A DNA stretch of 64,000 nucleotides from Candidatus Komeilibacteria bacterium (GCA_030688315.1 JAUYIT010000017.1:2845-66844); one strand, 5' to 3'; counted from the stretch's first letter, positions 9,730 through 20,117 are shown. The notes: generated by a model not told the origin, from the sequence alone. A program made the numbers and translations.

Positions 9730-10449
9730 ATGAAATTAAGCGTTATTATTCCGGCTTTTAATGAAGAAGAACGCCTGCCAGACACTCTGAACCAAGTTTT
9801 TGGCTATTTGGATAAATCCGGCTTAAGCGGCGAAACGGAGGTACTGGTGATTGATGACGGTAGCATTGACAATACCGCCGCAATCGTCCGGGCACGACAG
9901 GAAAAAAATCTAAAGCTGATCGGCACCGGTCGCAACTTTGGCAAAGGAGCCGCCGTTAGAACCGGAGTACGGCAAGCGCGGGGAGAGGCCGTACTATTTT
10001 TAGATGCCGACTATTCCACCGCTTTGGAGGAACTGGAAAAATTTTTGCCAAAACTGGAGCAGGGTTATGATTTGGTGATCGGCTCGCGCGCCATTCGCGG
10101 TGCTAGGGTTTTAGTCAGCCAGAACCTGATTAAGATTTGGCTGGGCAAAACCGGCAATTTGGGCGTCCGTCTAATTTTGGGTTTAAAGGTTAATGATAGC
10201 CAGTGCGGCTTCAAGCTTTTTTCAACAAAAGCGAAAAAAATATTTCAGGAACAAACCATTAACGGCTGGGGCTTTGATTTTGAACTTTTATATTTAGCTA
10301 AAAAAAGGGGACTGATTGTATTGGAATTGCCCGTTACCTGGGTTAATAACAAGCAATCCAAAGTAAAACCCTTGGATTATTTTAAAACTTTAGGGGAGTT
10401 ATTTAAAATCAAATTTAATGACTTAAGAGGAATTTATGAAAAAAAATAA
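9730..10449 (+). CDS. GT2 polyprenol-phosphate glycosyltransferase (Dol-P-Glc synthase-like)
   Basis: SVIIPAFNEE, DDGS.D, GKGAAV, DAD, DSQCGFKLF, GWGFDFE. Confidence 0.9.
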   Translation: MKLSVIIPAFNEEERLPDTLNQVFGYLDKSGLSGETEVLVIDDGSIDNTAAIVRARQEKNLKLIGTGRNFGKGAAVRTGVRQARGEAVLFLDADYSTALEELEKFLPKLEQGYDLVIGSRAIRGARVLVSQNLIKIWLGKTGNLGVRLILGLKVNDSQCGFKLFSTKAKKIFQEQTINGWGFDFELLYLAKKRGLIVLELPVTWVNNKQSKVKPLDYFKTLGELFKIKFNDLRGIYEKK

Positions 10450-11470
10450 AGCTAACTTAAACGGACGGAAAAATATTCTGGTTACCGGCGGCGCCGGTTT
10501 TATCGGCAGCCGTTTGTGCGAAGAACTGGTCAGGGAAAATAACGTCATCTGCCTGGATAGCTTAATCACCTCCAGTTTGGAAAATATCCGTTTTTTACTG
10601 CAAAATCCCAATTTTGAATTTATCAAGCATGATTTAAACGAACCGCTTGATTTAAAAACCTTGCCCGAATTAAAAAAGTTCGAGGTGGAAGTGTTCGGGA
10701 TTCAGGAAATTTACAATTTGGCTTGCCCCACTTCAGCCAAAAAATTTGATGAACTAACGGTGCAAACCGCGCTGGCTAATTCCATCCTGATTAAAAATGT
10801 TTTGGATTTGGCTTTGGCCAATGATGCCAAGCTGGTGCACGCCTCCTCGGCCGTGGTTTACGGACCGCGCGAAAGCAATAGTTATGTTAATGAAGCTTTT
10901 CACGGTTCGGTCAAAATTGACGGACCGCGCAGCTGTTACGATGAAGGCAAGCGTTTTGCCGAAGCCATGATCGCCACTTACCGGAACTTCTACAAAAAAC
11001 CTTTTAAGGTTGCCAGAATTTTTAGAACTTACGGACCGCGTTTGGCCTTAAACGACGGGCAGATGATTTCCGATTTTATTTTTAACGCCTTGGATAACAA
11101 AGATCTGGTTATTTACGGCACCGAAAATTTTTCCACCTCTTTATGTTATGTGGACGATGTGGTGGACGGCCTGATTAAGCTGATGAAGAGCGACATGGCC
11201 CAGTCGGTAAATTTGGGCAGCAACGTGGATGTGTTGCTTAAGGATGTGGCGCAAAAAATAATTGACCTGACCGGCTCCACTTCCCAAATCATTTATCAGG
11301 GCGCTTTGGAATTTATCACCCCTCTGCCGTTGCCGGATATTGATTTGGCTAAAGTCAGTTTGGGTTGGTATCCGTTGACCACTTTGGATAAGGGCCTGGA
11401 AAAAACTTTGGAATATACCCGGGCCAACAAGAGAGTTTTGAATGAGCTAGCGAATGGTGAATCTTTGTAA
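10436..11470 (+). CDS. UDP-glucuronate decarboxylase (UXS)-like SDR, divergent
   Basis: GGAGFIG, IYNLACP, RSCYDEGKR; has SSAVVYG where the canonical enzyme has TSEVYG. Confidence 0.8.
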   Translation: MKKNKANLNGRKNILVTGGAGFIGSRLCEELVRENNVICLDSLITSSLENIRFLLQNPNFEFIKHDLNEPLDLKTLPELKKFEVEVFGIQEIYNLACPTSAKKFDELTVQTALANSILIKNVLDLALANDAKLVHASSAVVYGPRESNSYVNEAFHGSVKIDGPRSCYDEGKRFAEAMIATYRNFYKKPFKVARIFRTYGPRLALNDGQMISDFIFNALDNKDLVIYGTENFSTSLCYVDDVVDGLIKLMKSDMAQSVNLGSNVDVLLKDVAQKIIDLTGSTSQIIYQGALEFITPLPLPDIDLAKVSLGWYPLTTLDKGLEKTLEYTRANKRVLNELANGESL

Positions 11471-11507
11471 TTTAAATTATCAATAAAAACATTAATCAGT
11501 AAATTTC

Positions 11508-12668
11508 ATGGGTAAATACATTTTTACATCCGAATCGGTGACCGAAGGCCACCCTGATAAGGTCTGTGACCAGATTTCGGACGCTATTTTAGACGAGTTG
11601 CTAAGGCATGACCCTGAATCACGCGCCGGCATTGAGTGTATTGCTACCACGGGTTTAGTAGTTGTGGCCGGTGAAATTAGAACCAATCATTATGTTGATA
11701 TTGCCGGTATTGCCCGCCAAACCATTAAAGACATTGGTTATAACGGAGCTTCGGCCGGTTTTTCGGCGGAGGATTGCGGGGTGATGGTGGCGATTGATGA
11801 ACAGTCGGCTGATATTGCCCAGGGCGTGGATAAGGGCAAAGGCAAATACAAAGAGCAGGGCGCCGGTGATCAGGGTTTAATGTTCGGATTTGCTTGCCGT
11901 GAAACCAAAGAATTGATGCCGTTGCCGATTATGCTGGCTCATAAAATGGCTAGGCGGTTGGCGGCTGTCCGCAAAAGCGGATTATTAAAATATTTGCGCC
12001 CCGACGGTAAAACCGAAATCGCGGTGGAGTATGAAAATGGCAAGCCCCGCCGGGTTGATACGATTGTAATTGCCGCCCAGCATAACGAAACGGTTTCGGA
12101 AAAAAAAGTTGAACGCGATATTATCAATAAAGTTGTTAAACCGGTTTGCGGCAAATATCTTGATGCCAAAACCAAATTCTTTATTAATGCTACCGGCAAG
12201 TTTATTAAAGGCGGCCCGGTGGCTGATACCGGTTTGACCGGGCGTAAAATTATCGTGGATACTTACGGCGGTTATAGCGCTCACGGCGGCGGTTGTTTTA
12301 GCGGCAAGGATCCTTCAAAAGTTGACCGAAGCGCTTGCTACATGGCCCGCTACGTGGCAAAAAATATTGTGGCCGCGGGTTTAGCCGATAAGTGCGAAGT
12401 TCAGCTGGCTTACGTGATTGGGCGCGCTGAACCCGTTAGCGTGCTGGTTAAGTCATTTGGCACTGGCAAATTGCCGGACGAAAATTTGGAAAAAATAGTC
12501 AGACAGGTTTTTCCTCTAAAACCGGCCGAGATAATCAAACACTTAAAATTGAAGCGGCCGATTTACAAAAAAACCGCGGCTTACGGCCACTTTGGCCGAA
12601 CCGAACCGGAGTTTACCTGGGAAAAAACAGATCTAGTAAGCAAGTTGAAGAAGTATTTGGTTAAATAA
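11508..12668 (+). CDS. metK: S-adenosylmethionine synthetase
   Basis: [42 protein letters not shown]. Confidence 0.98.
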   Translation: MGKYIFTSESVTEGHPDKVCDQISDAILDELLRHDPESRAGIECIATTGLVVVAGEIRTNHYVDIAGIARQTIKDIGYNGASAGFSAEDCGVMVAIDEQSADIAQGVDKGKGKYKEQGAGDQGLMFGFACRETKELMPLPIMLAHKMARRLAAVRKSGLLKYLRPDGKTEIAVEYENGKPRRVDTIVIAAQHNETVSEKKVERDIINKVVKPVCGKYLDAKTKFFINATGKFIKGGPVADTGLTGRKIIVDTYGGYSAHGGGCFSGKDPSKVDRSACYMARYVAKNIVAAGLADKCEVQLAYVIGRAEPVSVLVKSFGTGKLPDENLEKIVRQVFPLKPAEIIKHLKLKRPIYKKTAAYGHFGRTEPEFTWEKTDLVSKLKKYLVK

Positions 12669-12670
12669 AT

Positions 12671-13585
12671 ATGTCCAAAATTTTGGTCACTGGAGGAGCC
12701 GGGTTTATCGGCTCCCATTTGGTTGACCGCCTAATCGCCAAAAATCATCAGGTGGCTGTGGTTGATAATTTATCCACCGGCAAGCTTAGGTTTGTTAACC
12801 GCCGGGCCAAATTTTACAAGGTCAGCGTGACCAGTCCCAAGTTGAAACAGGTTTTTGGCAAATTTAAACCGGAAATTGTTTTTCATTTGGCCGCCCAAAA
12901 AAGCGTGCCTTTTTCGGTTAATGATCCGCTGGCCGACGCCACTACCAACATCTGGGGTTCCTTAAAAACCATTGAGCAGTCAATTAGGGTGGGGGTAAAA
13001 AAGTTTGTGTTAATTTCCACCGGCGGGGCCATTTACGGTGCCACCAAAATCATGCCGACTCCGGAAATTGTGGCGCCTAAACCTGATTCGCCTTACGGCC
13101 TTAGCAAACTGACCGTGGAAAATTATTTGCTGAATTATTACCAACCGTTGCGCAAGCTTAATTTTGTCAGTTTGCGGCTAGCTAACGTGTTTGGCCCCAG
13201 GCAGGATCCGGACGGTGAAGCCGGCGTGGTGGCGATTTTTGTCAAAAATTTACTGGCCAATAAACAGTGTTTTATCACGGGCAACGGCAAACAAACCAGG
13301 GATTTTGTGTTTGTGGATGATGTGGTTGAGGCCTGCTTAAAATCCATCAGAGCGGGGCAGGGGATTTACAACATCGGCACGGGCAAGGAAACTTCCATCA
13401 AAGTTTTGTATCATTTAATTGCCGGCCTTATTTCCAAGCGCGAACCCAAATTCGTGCCGCCGCGGCCGGGCGATGTTTTCCGCAGTGTTTTAAAAAACGC
13501 TTTAGCCAAACGCGACCTGGGCTGGCAGGCGCAAGTTGAGCTGGTGGACGGTCTTAAAAAAACCATTAAGTATTTTAAAGCATGA
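12671..13585 (+). CDS. UDP-glucose 4-epimerase-like NAD-dependent epimerase
   Basis: GGAGFIGSH, STGGAIYG, PYGLSK, NVFGPRQDP.GEAGVV. Confidence 0.88.
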   Translation: MSKILVTGGAGFIGSHLVDRLIAKNHQVAVVDNLSTGKLRFVNRRAKFYKVSVTSPKLKQVFGKFKPEIVFHLAAQKSVPFSVNDPLADATTNIWGSLKTIEQSIRVGVKKFVLISTGGAIYGATKIMPTPEIVAPKPDSPYGLSKLTVENYLLNYYQPLRKLNFVSLRLANVFGPRQDPDGEAGVVAIFVKNLLANKQCFITGNGKQTRDFVFVDDVVEACLKSIRAGQGIYNIGTGKETSIKVLYHLIAGLISKREPKFVPPRPGDVFRSVLKNALAKRDLGWQAQVELVDGLKKTIKYFKA

Positions 13586-15132
13586 AGATTTTAGTTACCG
13601 GCGCCGCCGGTTTTATCGGTTCTCATTTGGTTGATTTTTTATTGAATCAAGGTCACGAAGTAATTGGCCTGGATAATTTTTTTAGCGGCAAAAAGGAAAA
13701 CATCGCCCACAATCTTAGCAACTCCAAATTTAAATTCATCAAACATGACGTGACCCTGCCGTTAAAGATAAAGTTCGGCCACCTCGACAGAATATACAAT
13801 CTGGCCTGCCCGGCTTCGCCCGTGCAGTACCAGTTTGATCCGGTTAAAACCCTTAACACCAGCGTTTTAGGCACGCAAAATATGCTGGAATTGGCGCGTT
13901 TAACCGGCGCTCGGTTGTTGCAGGCCTCAACTTCCGAAGTTTACGGCGATCCGTTGGAGCATCCGCAAACGGAATCTTATTGGGGCAACGTGGATCCGCT
14001 GGGCGAGCGGGCGTGTTACGATGAAGGTAAGCGCGCGGCCGAGGCCTTATGCAAGGATTATCACAAACAATATGGAGTTGACGCGCGAATAATCAGAATC
14101 TTTAACGTCTATGGGCCGCGCATGATGTTCAATGACGGCCGCGTTGTTTCCAACTTTTTATTGCAAGCTCTGCTTGATGAAGATATTACGGTTCACGGCA
14201 CGGGCGGGCAAACCAGAAGTTTTTGCTATGTGGAAGATTTTATTAAAGCAATGACCGGCTGGATGGAACACGTTACCGATTATCTGCCGGTTAACATCGG
14301 TAATCCCGAGGAGCAGTCCATGCTGACATTGGCTGAAACTATTAAGCAGGCCACCCATTCCAAAAGCCGGCTGGTTTTTATTCCTTACCAACAGCTTGCC
14401 GGCCGGCAGGGCGATGTTAAGCAAAGACGAGCTGATATTTCCAGAATAAAAAAAGAATTAAATTGGCAGCCGACCACGGTTTTTGCCGAGGGGCTTAAAA
14501 AAACCATCGCGGATTTTAAACAGCGCCTCAACAATAAACCTCACATTTTGGTTTTTGCCCCGGCCTATCTGCCGTTTAAAGGCCCGGCCGAAGAAACAGT
14601 GGCGGAAATAATTAAAAGATTGCCGGGCTATGAATTTGATATTATCACGGCCAAGCTCGATAAAAAGTTAAAGGATCAAGAGCATTACGATAACGTCCAT
14701 ATTTACCGTTTGGGAGCGGGCTCTGCCGTTGATAAATATCTGCTGCCCTTAAGAGCGGTCAGCTTGGCCAAAAAACTTCATCGCCAAAATAGTTACCAGC
14801 TTTCTTGGGCGATTATGGCTAGCTATGGCGCGGTCGCGGCTTCCTTGTTTTCTTCATTTAACAAGCGCGTGCCGTTTTTACTTAGCGTTTATGAAGGCGA
14901 TTTGACTGCTAAAATGACCAGCCGAGGCAGGTTGTTAAGCCCGGTCTATAAAATGATTTTCAGCAAGGCGCATCGCTGGCAGTTAATCGCCAAGATGAAC
15001 CAACAACAGCGCGCCTGGCTGGAAAACGAACGCCGCGTTCAGGTGGTGCAATTTGAAAAAGATTTTGATTTGCTGGCCAAAAGAACCAAGGAAATGTTTC
15101 AGGAGCTGGAAATTTTATCCGCCAGAATTTAA
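13582..15132 (+). CDS. UDP-glucuronate decarboxylase fused to a GT4 N-terminal-like domain
   Basis: ACPASP, ASTSEVYGDP, YDEGKR in the first ~315 aa; the remainder aligns with the N-terminal half of the next gene. Confidence 0.88.
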   Translation: MKILVTGAAGFIGSHLVDFLLNQGHEVIGLDNFFSGKKENIAHNLSNSKFKFIKHDVTLPLKIKFGHLDRIYNLACPASPVQYQFDPVKTLNTSVLGTQNMLELARLTGARLLQASTSEVYGDPLEHPQTESYWGNVDPLGERACYDEGKRAAEALCKDYHKQYGVDARIIRIFNVYGPRMMFNDGRVVSNFLLQALLDEDITVHGTGGQTRSFCYVEDFIKAMTGWMEHVTDYLPVNIGNPEEQSMLTLAETIKQATHSKSRLVFIPYQQLAGRQGDVKQRRADISRIKKELNWQPTTVFAEGLKKTIADFKQRLNNKPHILVFAPAYLPFKGPAEETVAEIIKRLPGYEFDIITAKLDKKLKDQEHYDNVHIYRLGAGSAVDKYLLPLRAVSLAKKLHRQNSYQLSWAIMASYGAVAASLFSSFNKRVPFLLSVYEGDLTAKMTSRGRLLSPVYKMIFSKAHRWQLIAKMNQQQRAWLENERRVQVVQFEKDFDLLAKRTKEMFQELEILSARI

Positions 15133-15144
15133 ATTTATTTTGCC

Positions 15145-16284
15145 ATGAAACGAATTTTGATTTTTGCCACTGCCTATTACCCTCACGTGGGGGGAGCGGA
15201 AGTGGCGGTTAAGGAAATTACCGACCGTTTGCCGGGTTATGAATTTGATTTGATCTGCGCCCGATTGGAAAAAAATTTGCCTCAACAGGAAAAAATCGGC
15301 CAGGTCAATGTTTTTAGAGTGGGCTGGGGCCTGCCTCAAATTGATAAAATTTATTTGGCTGTTTGCGGCTATTGGCTGGGCTTAAAACTTCAGCGCCAAA
15401 AAAAATATGATTTGGTTTGGGCGATTATGGCCAGTTATGGCGGTTTTGCCGCCTTGGCCTTTAAACTTAAAACAGGGGTCAAATATTTACTGACTTTACA
15501 GGAGGGCGATTTTAATTTAAAAACCAAGCGCAAAATTTGGCTGGTCAAAAAAAAATTCGCCAACATTTTCAGCCAAGCCGACGGCTTGCAAGCCATCAGC
15601 AATTATTTATTGAACTGGGGTACAGCCATGGGTTTTAAGGGCCTAGCCGAAGTGGTGCCCAACGGCGTGGACGTAAAAAATTTTACCAAAGTTTATGAGC
15701 AGTCGGAATTAAAAAAAGTTAGAGATAGTTGGGGTTTTGATCGGTCAGCGATCATTTTAGTCAGCGCCTCCCGCTTGGTATTAAAAAACGGCCTAGCTGA
15801 CCTGATTAAGGCCCTGCCGTTGCTTCCGGAAAATTTTTGTCTGGTGTTGATCGGTGAAGGCCGGTTAGAAAAAAATTTACGTCAATTGGCCGATAATTTA
15901 GGATTATCTTCACGAATTTATTTTGCCGGTTATCATGATCATCAGGAACTGCCGCGCTTGCTGGCCGCCGCCGATATATTTATTAGGCCATCGTTAAGCG
16001 AGGGCTTGGGCAACGCATTTTTGGAAGCGATGGCTACGCGTTTGCCCACCATCGGAACTTTGGTTGGCGGCATCCCGGATTTTTTGACGGATGGCCAAAC
16101 CGGATTGGTTTGCGAACCGGGTAATCCGCAAAGCATCAGCCAAGCGATTGTTAAAGCGTCCAAATTGTCTGTTCAGGAAAAACAAGCGCTTCATCAAAAC
16201 GCCATGGCGTTGATTGAAAAAAAATACAATTGGGAGTATATTGCTGGTAGAATGGATGCTATTTTTAAGGGTTTAACCGCTTAA
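15145..16284 (+). CDS. GT4 glycosyltransferase
   Basis: GGAE, VPNGVD, SRLVLKNG, EGLGNAFLEAMA. Confidence 0.92.
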   Translation: MKRILIFATAYYPHVGGAEVAVKEITDRLPGYEFDLICARLEKNLPQQEKIGQVNVFRVGWGLPQIDKIYLAVCGYWLGLKLQRQKKYDLVWAIMASYGGFAALAFKLKTGVKYLLTLQEGDFNLKTKRKIWLVKKKFANIFSQADGLQAISNYLLNWGTAMGFKGLAEVVPNGVDVKNFTKVYEQSELKKVRDSWGFDRSAIILVSASRLVLKNGLADLIKALPLLPENFCLVLIGEGRLEKNLRQLADNLGLSSRIYFAGYHDHQELPRLLAAADIFIRPSLSEGLGNAFLEAMATRLPTIGTLVGGIPDFLTDGQTGLVCEPGNPQSISQAIVKASKLSVQEKQALHQNAMALIEKKYNWEYIAGRMDAIFKGLTA

Positions 16285-16298
16285 TTTTAATTTATATT

Positions 16299-17588
16299 AT
16301 GAAGATTACTATTGTTGGCACGGGTTATGTGGGTTTGGTTTCGGCCGTTGGTTTGGCCGAACTGGGGCACCGGGTTTTTTGCGTTGATACCGATCCTCAA
16401 AAAATTGAAATTTTAAAAAGCGGTCGGGCAACCTTTTATGAACCGGGTTTGGATAAGCTTTTAAAAAAGAATTTAGCCAATCGTCGTTTAAGCTTTACCG
16501 TTAGTTTAGCGCAAGTTATTGATCAGTCTGAAATTATTTTTATCTGCGTGGGCACGCCGCCCCAGCCCGACGGCAGTGCCGATTTAACTTACGTTAAACA
16601 GGTGGCAGCCAGCATTCAAACTTTATCCAAGCAGGGCAAAATAGTGGTTACCAAAAGCACCGTGCCCATCGGCACCGGCGCCATGCTGGAGCAGATTTTA
16701 AATAAAAAACCCGGCCGGGTTTTTGAAGCCGTTTCCTGTCCGGAATTTTTGCGTGAAGGCCAGGCCGTTTATGATTTTTTTCATCCGGATCGAATCGTAG
16801 TGGGCGCCGATAAGCAGTCAGTCGGCTTTAAGGTAATAAATTTATTTAGCGCGGTTAAAACCCATAAAATGGTCACCAGTCGTGAAACCGCTGAACTCAT
16901 CAAATACGCGGCCAACGCCTTTTTGGCCACCAAGATTTCCTTTATCAACGAAATCAGCAATGTCTGCGAAAAAACCGGCGCCGACGTGGAAGAAGTAGCC
17001 AAAGGTATGGGTCTGGATAAACGTATTAATCCATATTTTTTAAAAGCGGGTATCGGCTATGGCGGCAGTTGTTTTCCTAAAGACGTGCGAGCTCTCCGTC
17101 AGTTATCCGGCGGTAATGGTTACAACTTCCGTTTGTTAAAGGCGGTTATTGAAGTAAATAACAAACAGCGTCAGTTGTTTTTTGAAAAAATCAAAAAAGT
17201 TTTGGGTTCGCTGGAAGGCAAAAAAATCGGGGTTTTGGGCTTGGCGTTTAAAGGCAACACCGATGACGTACGGGAATCGGCCGCCGTTGATTTGATTAAA
17301 AAGCTGGTTAAAGCCAAAGCCAAGGTCAGCTGTTTTGATCCGCAAGCCGTGGCTAACGCCCGTTTGGTGTTAAACGGCCGGATCCGTTATTGCGCTAACG
17401 CTTATGAAACCATGGAGCAGGCCGACGCCCTAATTATCGCCACTGAATGGCCGCAGTTTGCCAAATTGGATTTTAAAAAAGTCAAAAAATTATTACGCCA
17501 GCCGATTATTTTTGATGGCAAGAACCTATTAAATCATCAACTAATTAAAAAAGCCGGCTTTTCATATTATTCCGTCGGCCGCAGCTAA
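16299..17588 (+). CDS. ugd: UDP-glucose 6-dehydrogenase
   Basis: GTGYVG, CVGTP, KSTVP, PEFLREG, GYGGSCFPKD, AFKGNTDDVRES. Confidence 0.95.
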   Translation: MKITIVGTGYVGLVSAVGLAELGHRVFCVDTDPQKIEILKSGRATFYEPGLDKLLKKNLANRRLSFTVSLAQVIDQSEIIFICVGTPPQPDGSADLTYVKQVAASIQTLSKQGKIVVTKSTVPIGTGAMLEQILNKKPGRVFEAVSCPEFLREGQAVYDFFHPDRIVVGADKQSVGFKVINLFSAVKTHKMVTSRETAELIKYAANAFLATKISFINEISNVCEKTGADVEEVAKGMGLDKRINPYFLKAGIGYGGSCFPKDVRALRQLSGGNGYNFRLLKAVIEVNNKQRQLFFEKIKKVLGSLEGKKIGVLGLAFKGNTDDVRESAAVDLIKKLVKAKAKVSCFDPQAVANARLVLNGRIRYCANAYETMEQADALIIATEWPQFAKLDFKKVKKLLRQPIIFDGKNLLNHQLIKKAGFSYYSVGRS

Positions 17589-17592
17589 AAAT

Positions 17593-17967
17593 ATGAATAA
17601 TCAAACAATGTCAAAATTTGAGGATATTATTATTCCTGGCCCCGTTAAGGCAGAAACGGAGCATTTGCCTGTGCTGGAAATAACCCCGGCCATGCGTGAG
17701 ACGTTTACCGATCTTCGAAATAAATTTTATGAGATGAGTAGCGGATACCAACTGCAAAATGATTTAAGTTTTAGCGGACGATGTTCTGATTTTAAACATA
17801 AGATATACGGCGAGTTCGGCATGGACGCTATGACCAATTGCTATTTGAGCCATATTTTTGGCAGTACCGTGCCCGAAGAACTGCTTAACCGTTATGATTT
17901 TGAAGGCGGATGTTCAGTTGAATCCTTTATCAATCAGGAATACGAGAGGTTTAAAAACAAGTTATAA
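17593..17967 (+). CDS. Hypothetical protein
   Basis: 124-aa ORF tightly packed in the operon; stop overlaps the next ATG. Confidence 0.65.
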   Translation: MNNQTMSKFEDIIIPGPVKAETEHLPVLEITPAMRETFTDLRNKFYEMSSGYQLQNDLSFSGRCSDFKHKIYGEFGMDAMTNCYLSHIFGSTVPEELLNRYDFEGGCSVESFINQEYERFKNKL

Positions 17968-18629
17968 TGAATAATGTTTTTATTATCATTCCGTGTTATA
18001 ACGAAGCCGAACATTTGGCTAAAGTGATTGAATCGGTTAAACCGTACGGCCGGGTAGTAGTGGTTGACGACGGTTCAACTGACAATTCTTTTCAAATTGC
18101 CGTAAGTAGCGGCACCCTGGTTTTAAAACATCTGGTCAACCGCGGCATGGGCGCGGCTTTGGAAACAGGGGACAGGCTTGCCCGTAGCCAGGGTGCCGAG
18201 ATTGTGGTTCATTTTGACGCCGACGGCCAGCATGTGGCCGAAGAAATCCCACTGTTGATTCAGCCGATAGTCAATAACGAGGCAGACGCGGTTTTGGGTT
18301 CCAGATTTTTAAAGCCCACCAGCGCCATACCGTTTTTTAAAAAGCATTTTATTTTAAAACCCGCTGTGTTTTTTCAGAATTCCATGTTGGGCGTTAAACT
18401 GACCGACGCGCACAACGGTTTTAGGGCCTTATCCTGTCATGCTTTGGAAAAAATCAGGATTACCCAAGACGGCATGGCCCATGCTACCGAAATTATCGAG
18501 CAGATTAAAACCAATAATTTAACTTATCAGGAAGTTCCGGTAACCGTTATTTACCACGAATTCGGCCAAGGATTTTTATCGGGCTTGAAGATTTTAAAGG
18601 ATTTGATTTTTGGTAAAATAAATAAATAA
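17967..18629 (+). CDS. GT2 glycosyltransferase (DPM-synthase-like)
   Basis: IIPCYNE, DDGSTD, NRGMGAAL, FDADGQH, TDAHNGFRA. Confidence 0.9.
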   Translation: MNNVFIIIPCYNEAEHLAKVIESVKPYGRVVVVDDGSTDNSFQIAVSSGTLVLKHLVNRGMGAALETGDRLARSQGAEIVVHFDADGQHVAEEIPLLIQPIVNNEADAVLGSRFLKPTSAIPFFKKHFILKPAVFFQNSMLGVKLTDAHNGFRALSCHALEKIRITQDGMAHATEIIEQIKTNNLTYQEVPVTVIYHEFGQGFLSGLKILKDLIFGKINK

Positions 18630-18631
18630 CT

Positions 18632-18988
18632 ATGGTTTATCTGCCTTTACAAATTATTGTTACCATCTTTGTGGTGTTAGTTGTGTTTCGGCTGACCAAA
18701 AAATACAAAGACAATATTTTAAAAACTTCCGAACTGGTGGGCTGGCTAATGATTTGGACCGTTGTTTTAGTCGTCTTTTGGCTCCCTCAAACCACTTCTT
18801 ATCTGGCAACTTTACTGGGCATCGGCCGTGGCGTGGATTTAGCCGTTTATTCGGCCGTACTGATGATTTTTTACCTCATTTTCCGGCTGTATCTTAAACT
18901 GGATAAACAGCAGAAAGAAATTACCAAAATCGTCCGCCATCTGGCGTTATCGGAAACAAACGAGGACAAGGAACAAAAGTCAAATTAA
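18632..18988 (+). CDS. DUF2304 family membrane protein
   Basis: LATLLGIGRGVDL and EITKIVRHLAL motifs; typical partner of the preceding GT2. Confidence 0.85.
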   Translation: MVYLPLQIIVTIFVVLVVFRLTKKYKDNILKTSELVGWLMIWTVVLVVFWLPQTTSYLATLLGIGRGVDLAVYSAVLMIFYLIFRLYLKLDKQQKEITKIVRHLALSETNEDKEQKSN

Positions 18989-19030
18989 AAAATAGATTAT
19001 TTGAATAATCCTTGAATAATGAATAACATA

Positions 19031-20116
19031 ATGCCCGCCAAAGGCGGGTCGGCCTCTGGCCGAAAAAAAGTTTGCATCATCATTGTCAACTATAACGGCC
19101 AAAAATACCTCCCCGATTTGTTAGGGAGTATTTTTAGTAATCAGCCAAATAGCGTTTTACAGGAGGTGGTATTGGTTGATAACGCTTCGGTTGATAATTC
19201 CCTTAACTGGCTTAAGCAAAATTATCCGCAAGTTACCGTACTGGCGCAAACGGAAAATTACGGCTTTGCCAAAGGCAACAACATCGGCATAAATTGGGCC
19301 ATGGCCAATGGTTGTGATTACGTTTTTTTGCTTAATAGCGATACGCTTATGGAAGCCGGTTGTTTGGATAAACTGGTCAGCGCTATTGAACAGGATGATA
19401 AAATTGCCGTTATTCAGCCAAAAATATTGTTATGGCCGTTAACCGATTTAATCAACAGCTTAGGAAATGTTATTCATTATTTGGGCTTTGGCTATACTTA
19501 CGGCCATAAAACTCCTACTATGAACCATCAGTTAGGCCGCTCGATTTACCAAGTCAACTATTGTTCCGGTGCCGCGTGTTTGATTAAACTGGAAGCGCTG
19601 GCCAGAACTGGCTTATTTAACGAAGAATTTTTTATGTATCATGAAGATCTGGATTTGGGCTGGCGTTTTTCGCTCATGGGCTATAAAAACATGATTGAGC
19701 CGCGGGCCGTGGTTTACCATAAATACGAATTCAGCCGCAGCATTCAAAAGTATTATTATATGGAACGGAACCGCTGGCTGGTCATGTTGCAAAATTACAA
19801 ATTATTGACCCTCTTGCTGATTTTGCCGGCATTGCTTATGATGGAAGCAGGGCTGGTCTTGCTCTCCATCTTAGGCGGCTGGCATCAGGAAAAATTCAGG
19901 GTTTATTTATATTTTTTACGAGTTTCAAGTTGGAAAAAACTTTGGCTAACCCGAAGGCAAATTCAAAAACAGCGGGTGGTTAGTGATCGGGCGGCGGTTA
20001 AAAAATTCAGCGGTGTAATTGAGCATCAGGACAGCCCGGCCCGCGGGGTGGATAAAATTGCCAACATTTTTTTTAACGCCTATTGGCAGATTATTAGATT
20101 ATTGATTATTTGGTAA
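19031..20116 (+). CDS. GT2 glycosyltransferase (rhamnosyltransferase-like) with a 10-aa N-terminal insertion
   Basis: IIIVNYN, VDNAS.D, NYGFAKGNN, LLNSD, FFMYHEDLD; start may be 19019 or 19031. Confidence 0.88.
   Translation: MPAKGGSASGRKKVCIIIVNYNGQKYLPDLLGSIFSNQPNSVLQEVVLVDNASVDNSLNWLKQNYPQVTVLAQTENYGFAKGNNIGINWAMANGCDYVFLLNSDTLMEAGCLDKLVSAIEQDDKIAVIQPKILLWPLTDLINSLGNVIHYLGFGYTYGHKTPTMNHQLGRSIYQVNYCSGAACLIKLEALARTGLFNEEFFMYHEDLDLGWRFSLMGYKNMIEPRAVVYHKYEFSRSIQKYYYMERNRWLVMLQNYKLLTLLLILPALLMMEAGLVLLSILGGWHQEKFRVYLYFLRVSSWKKLWLTRRQIQKQRVVSDRAAVKKFSGVIEHQDSPARGVDKIANIFFNAYWQIIRLLIIW
19034..19063. repeat. 30-bp double-hairpin palindromic element inserted in frame
   Basis: CCCGCC-AAA-GGCGGG then TCGGCC-TCT-GGCCGA, encoding PAKGGSASGR. 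Confidence 0.75.
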
Positions 20117-20117
20117 A

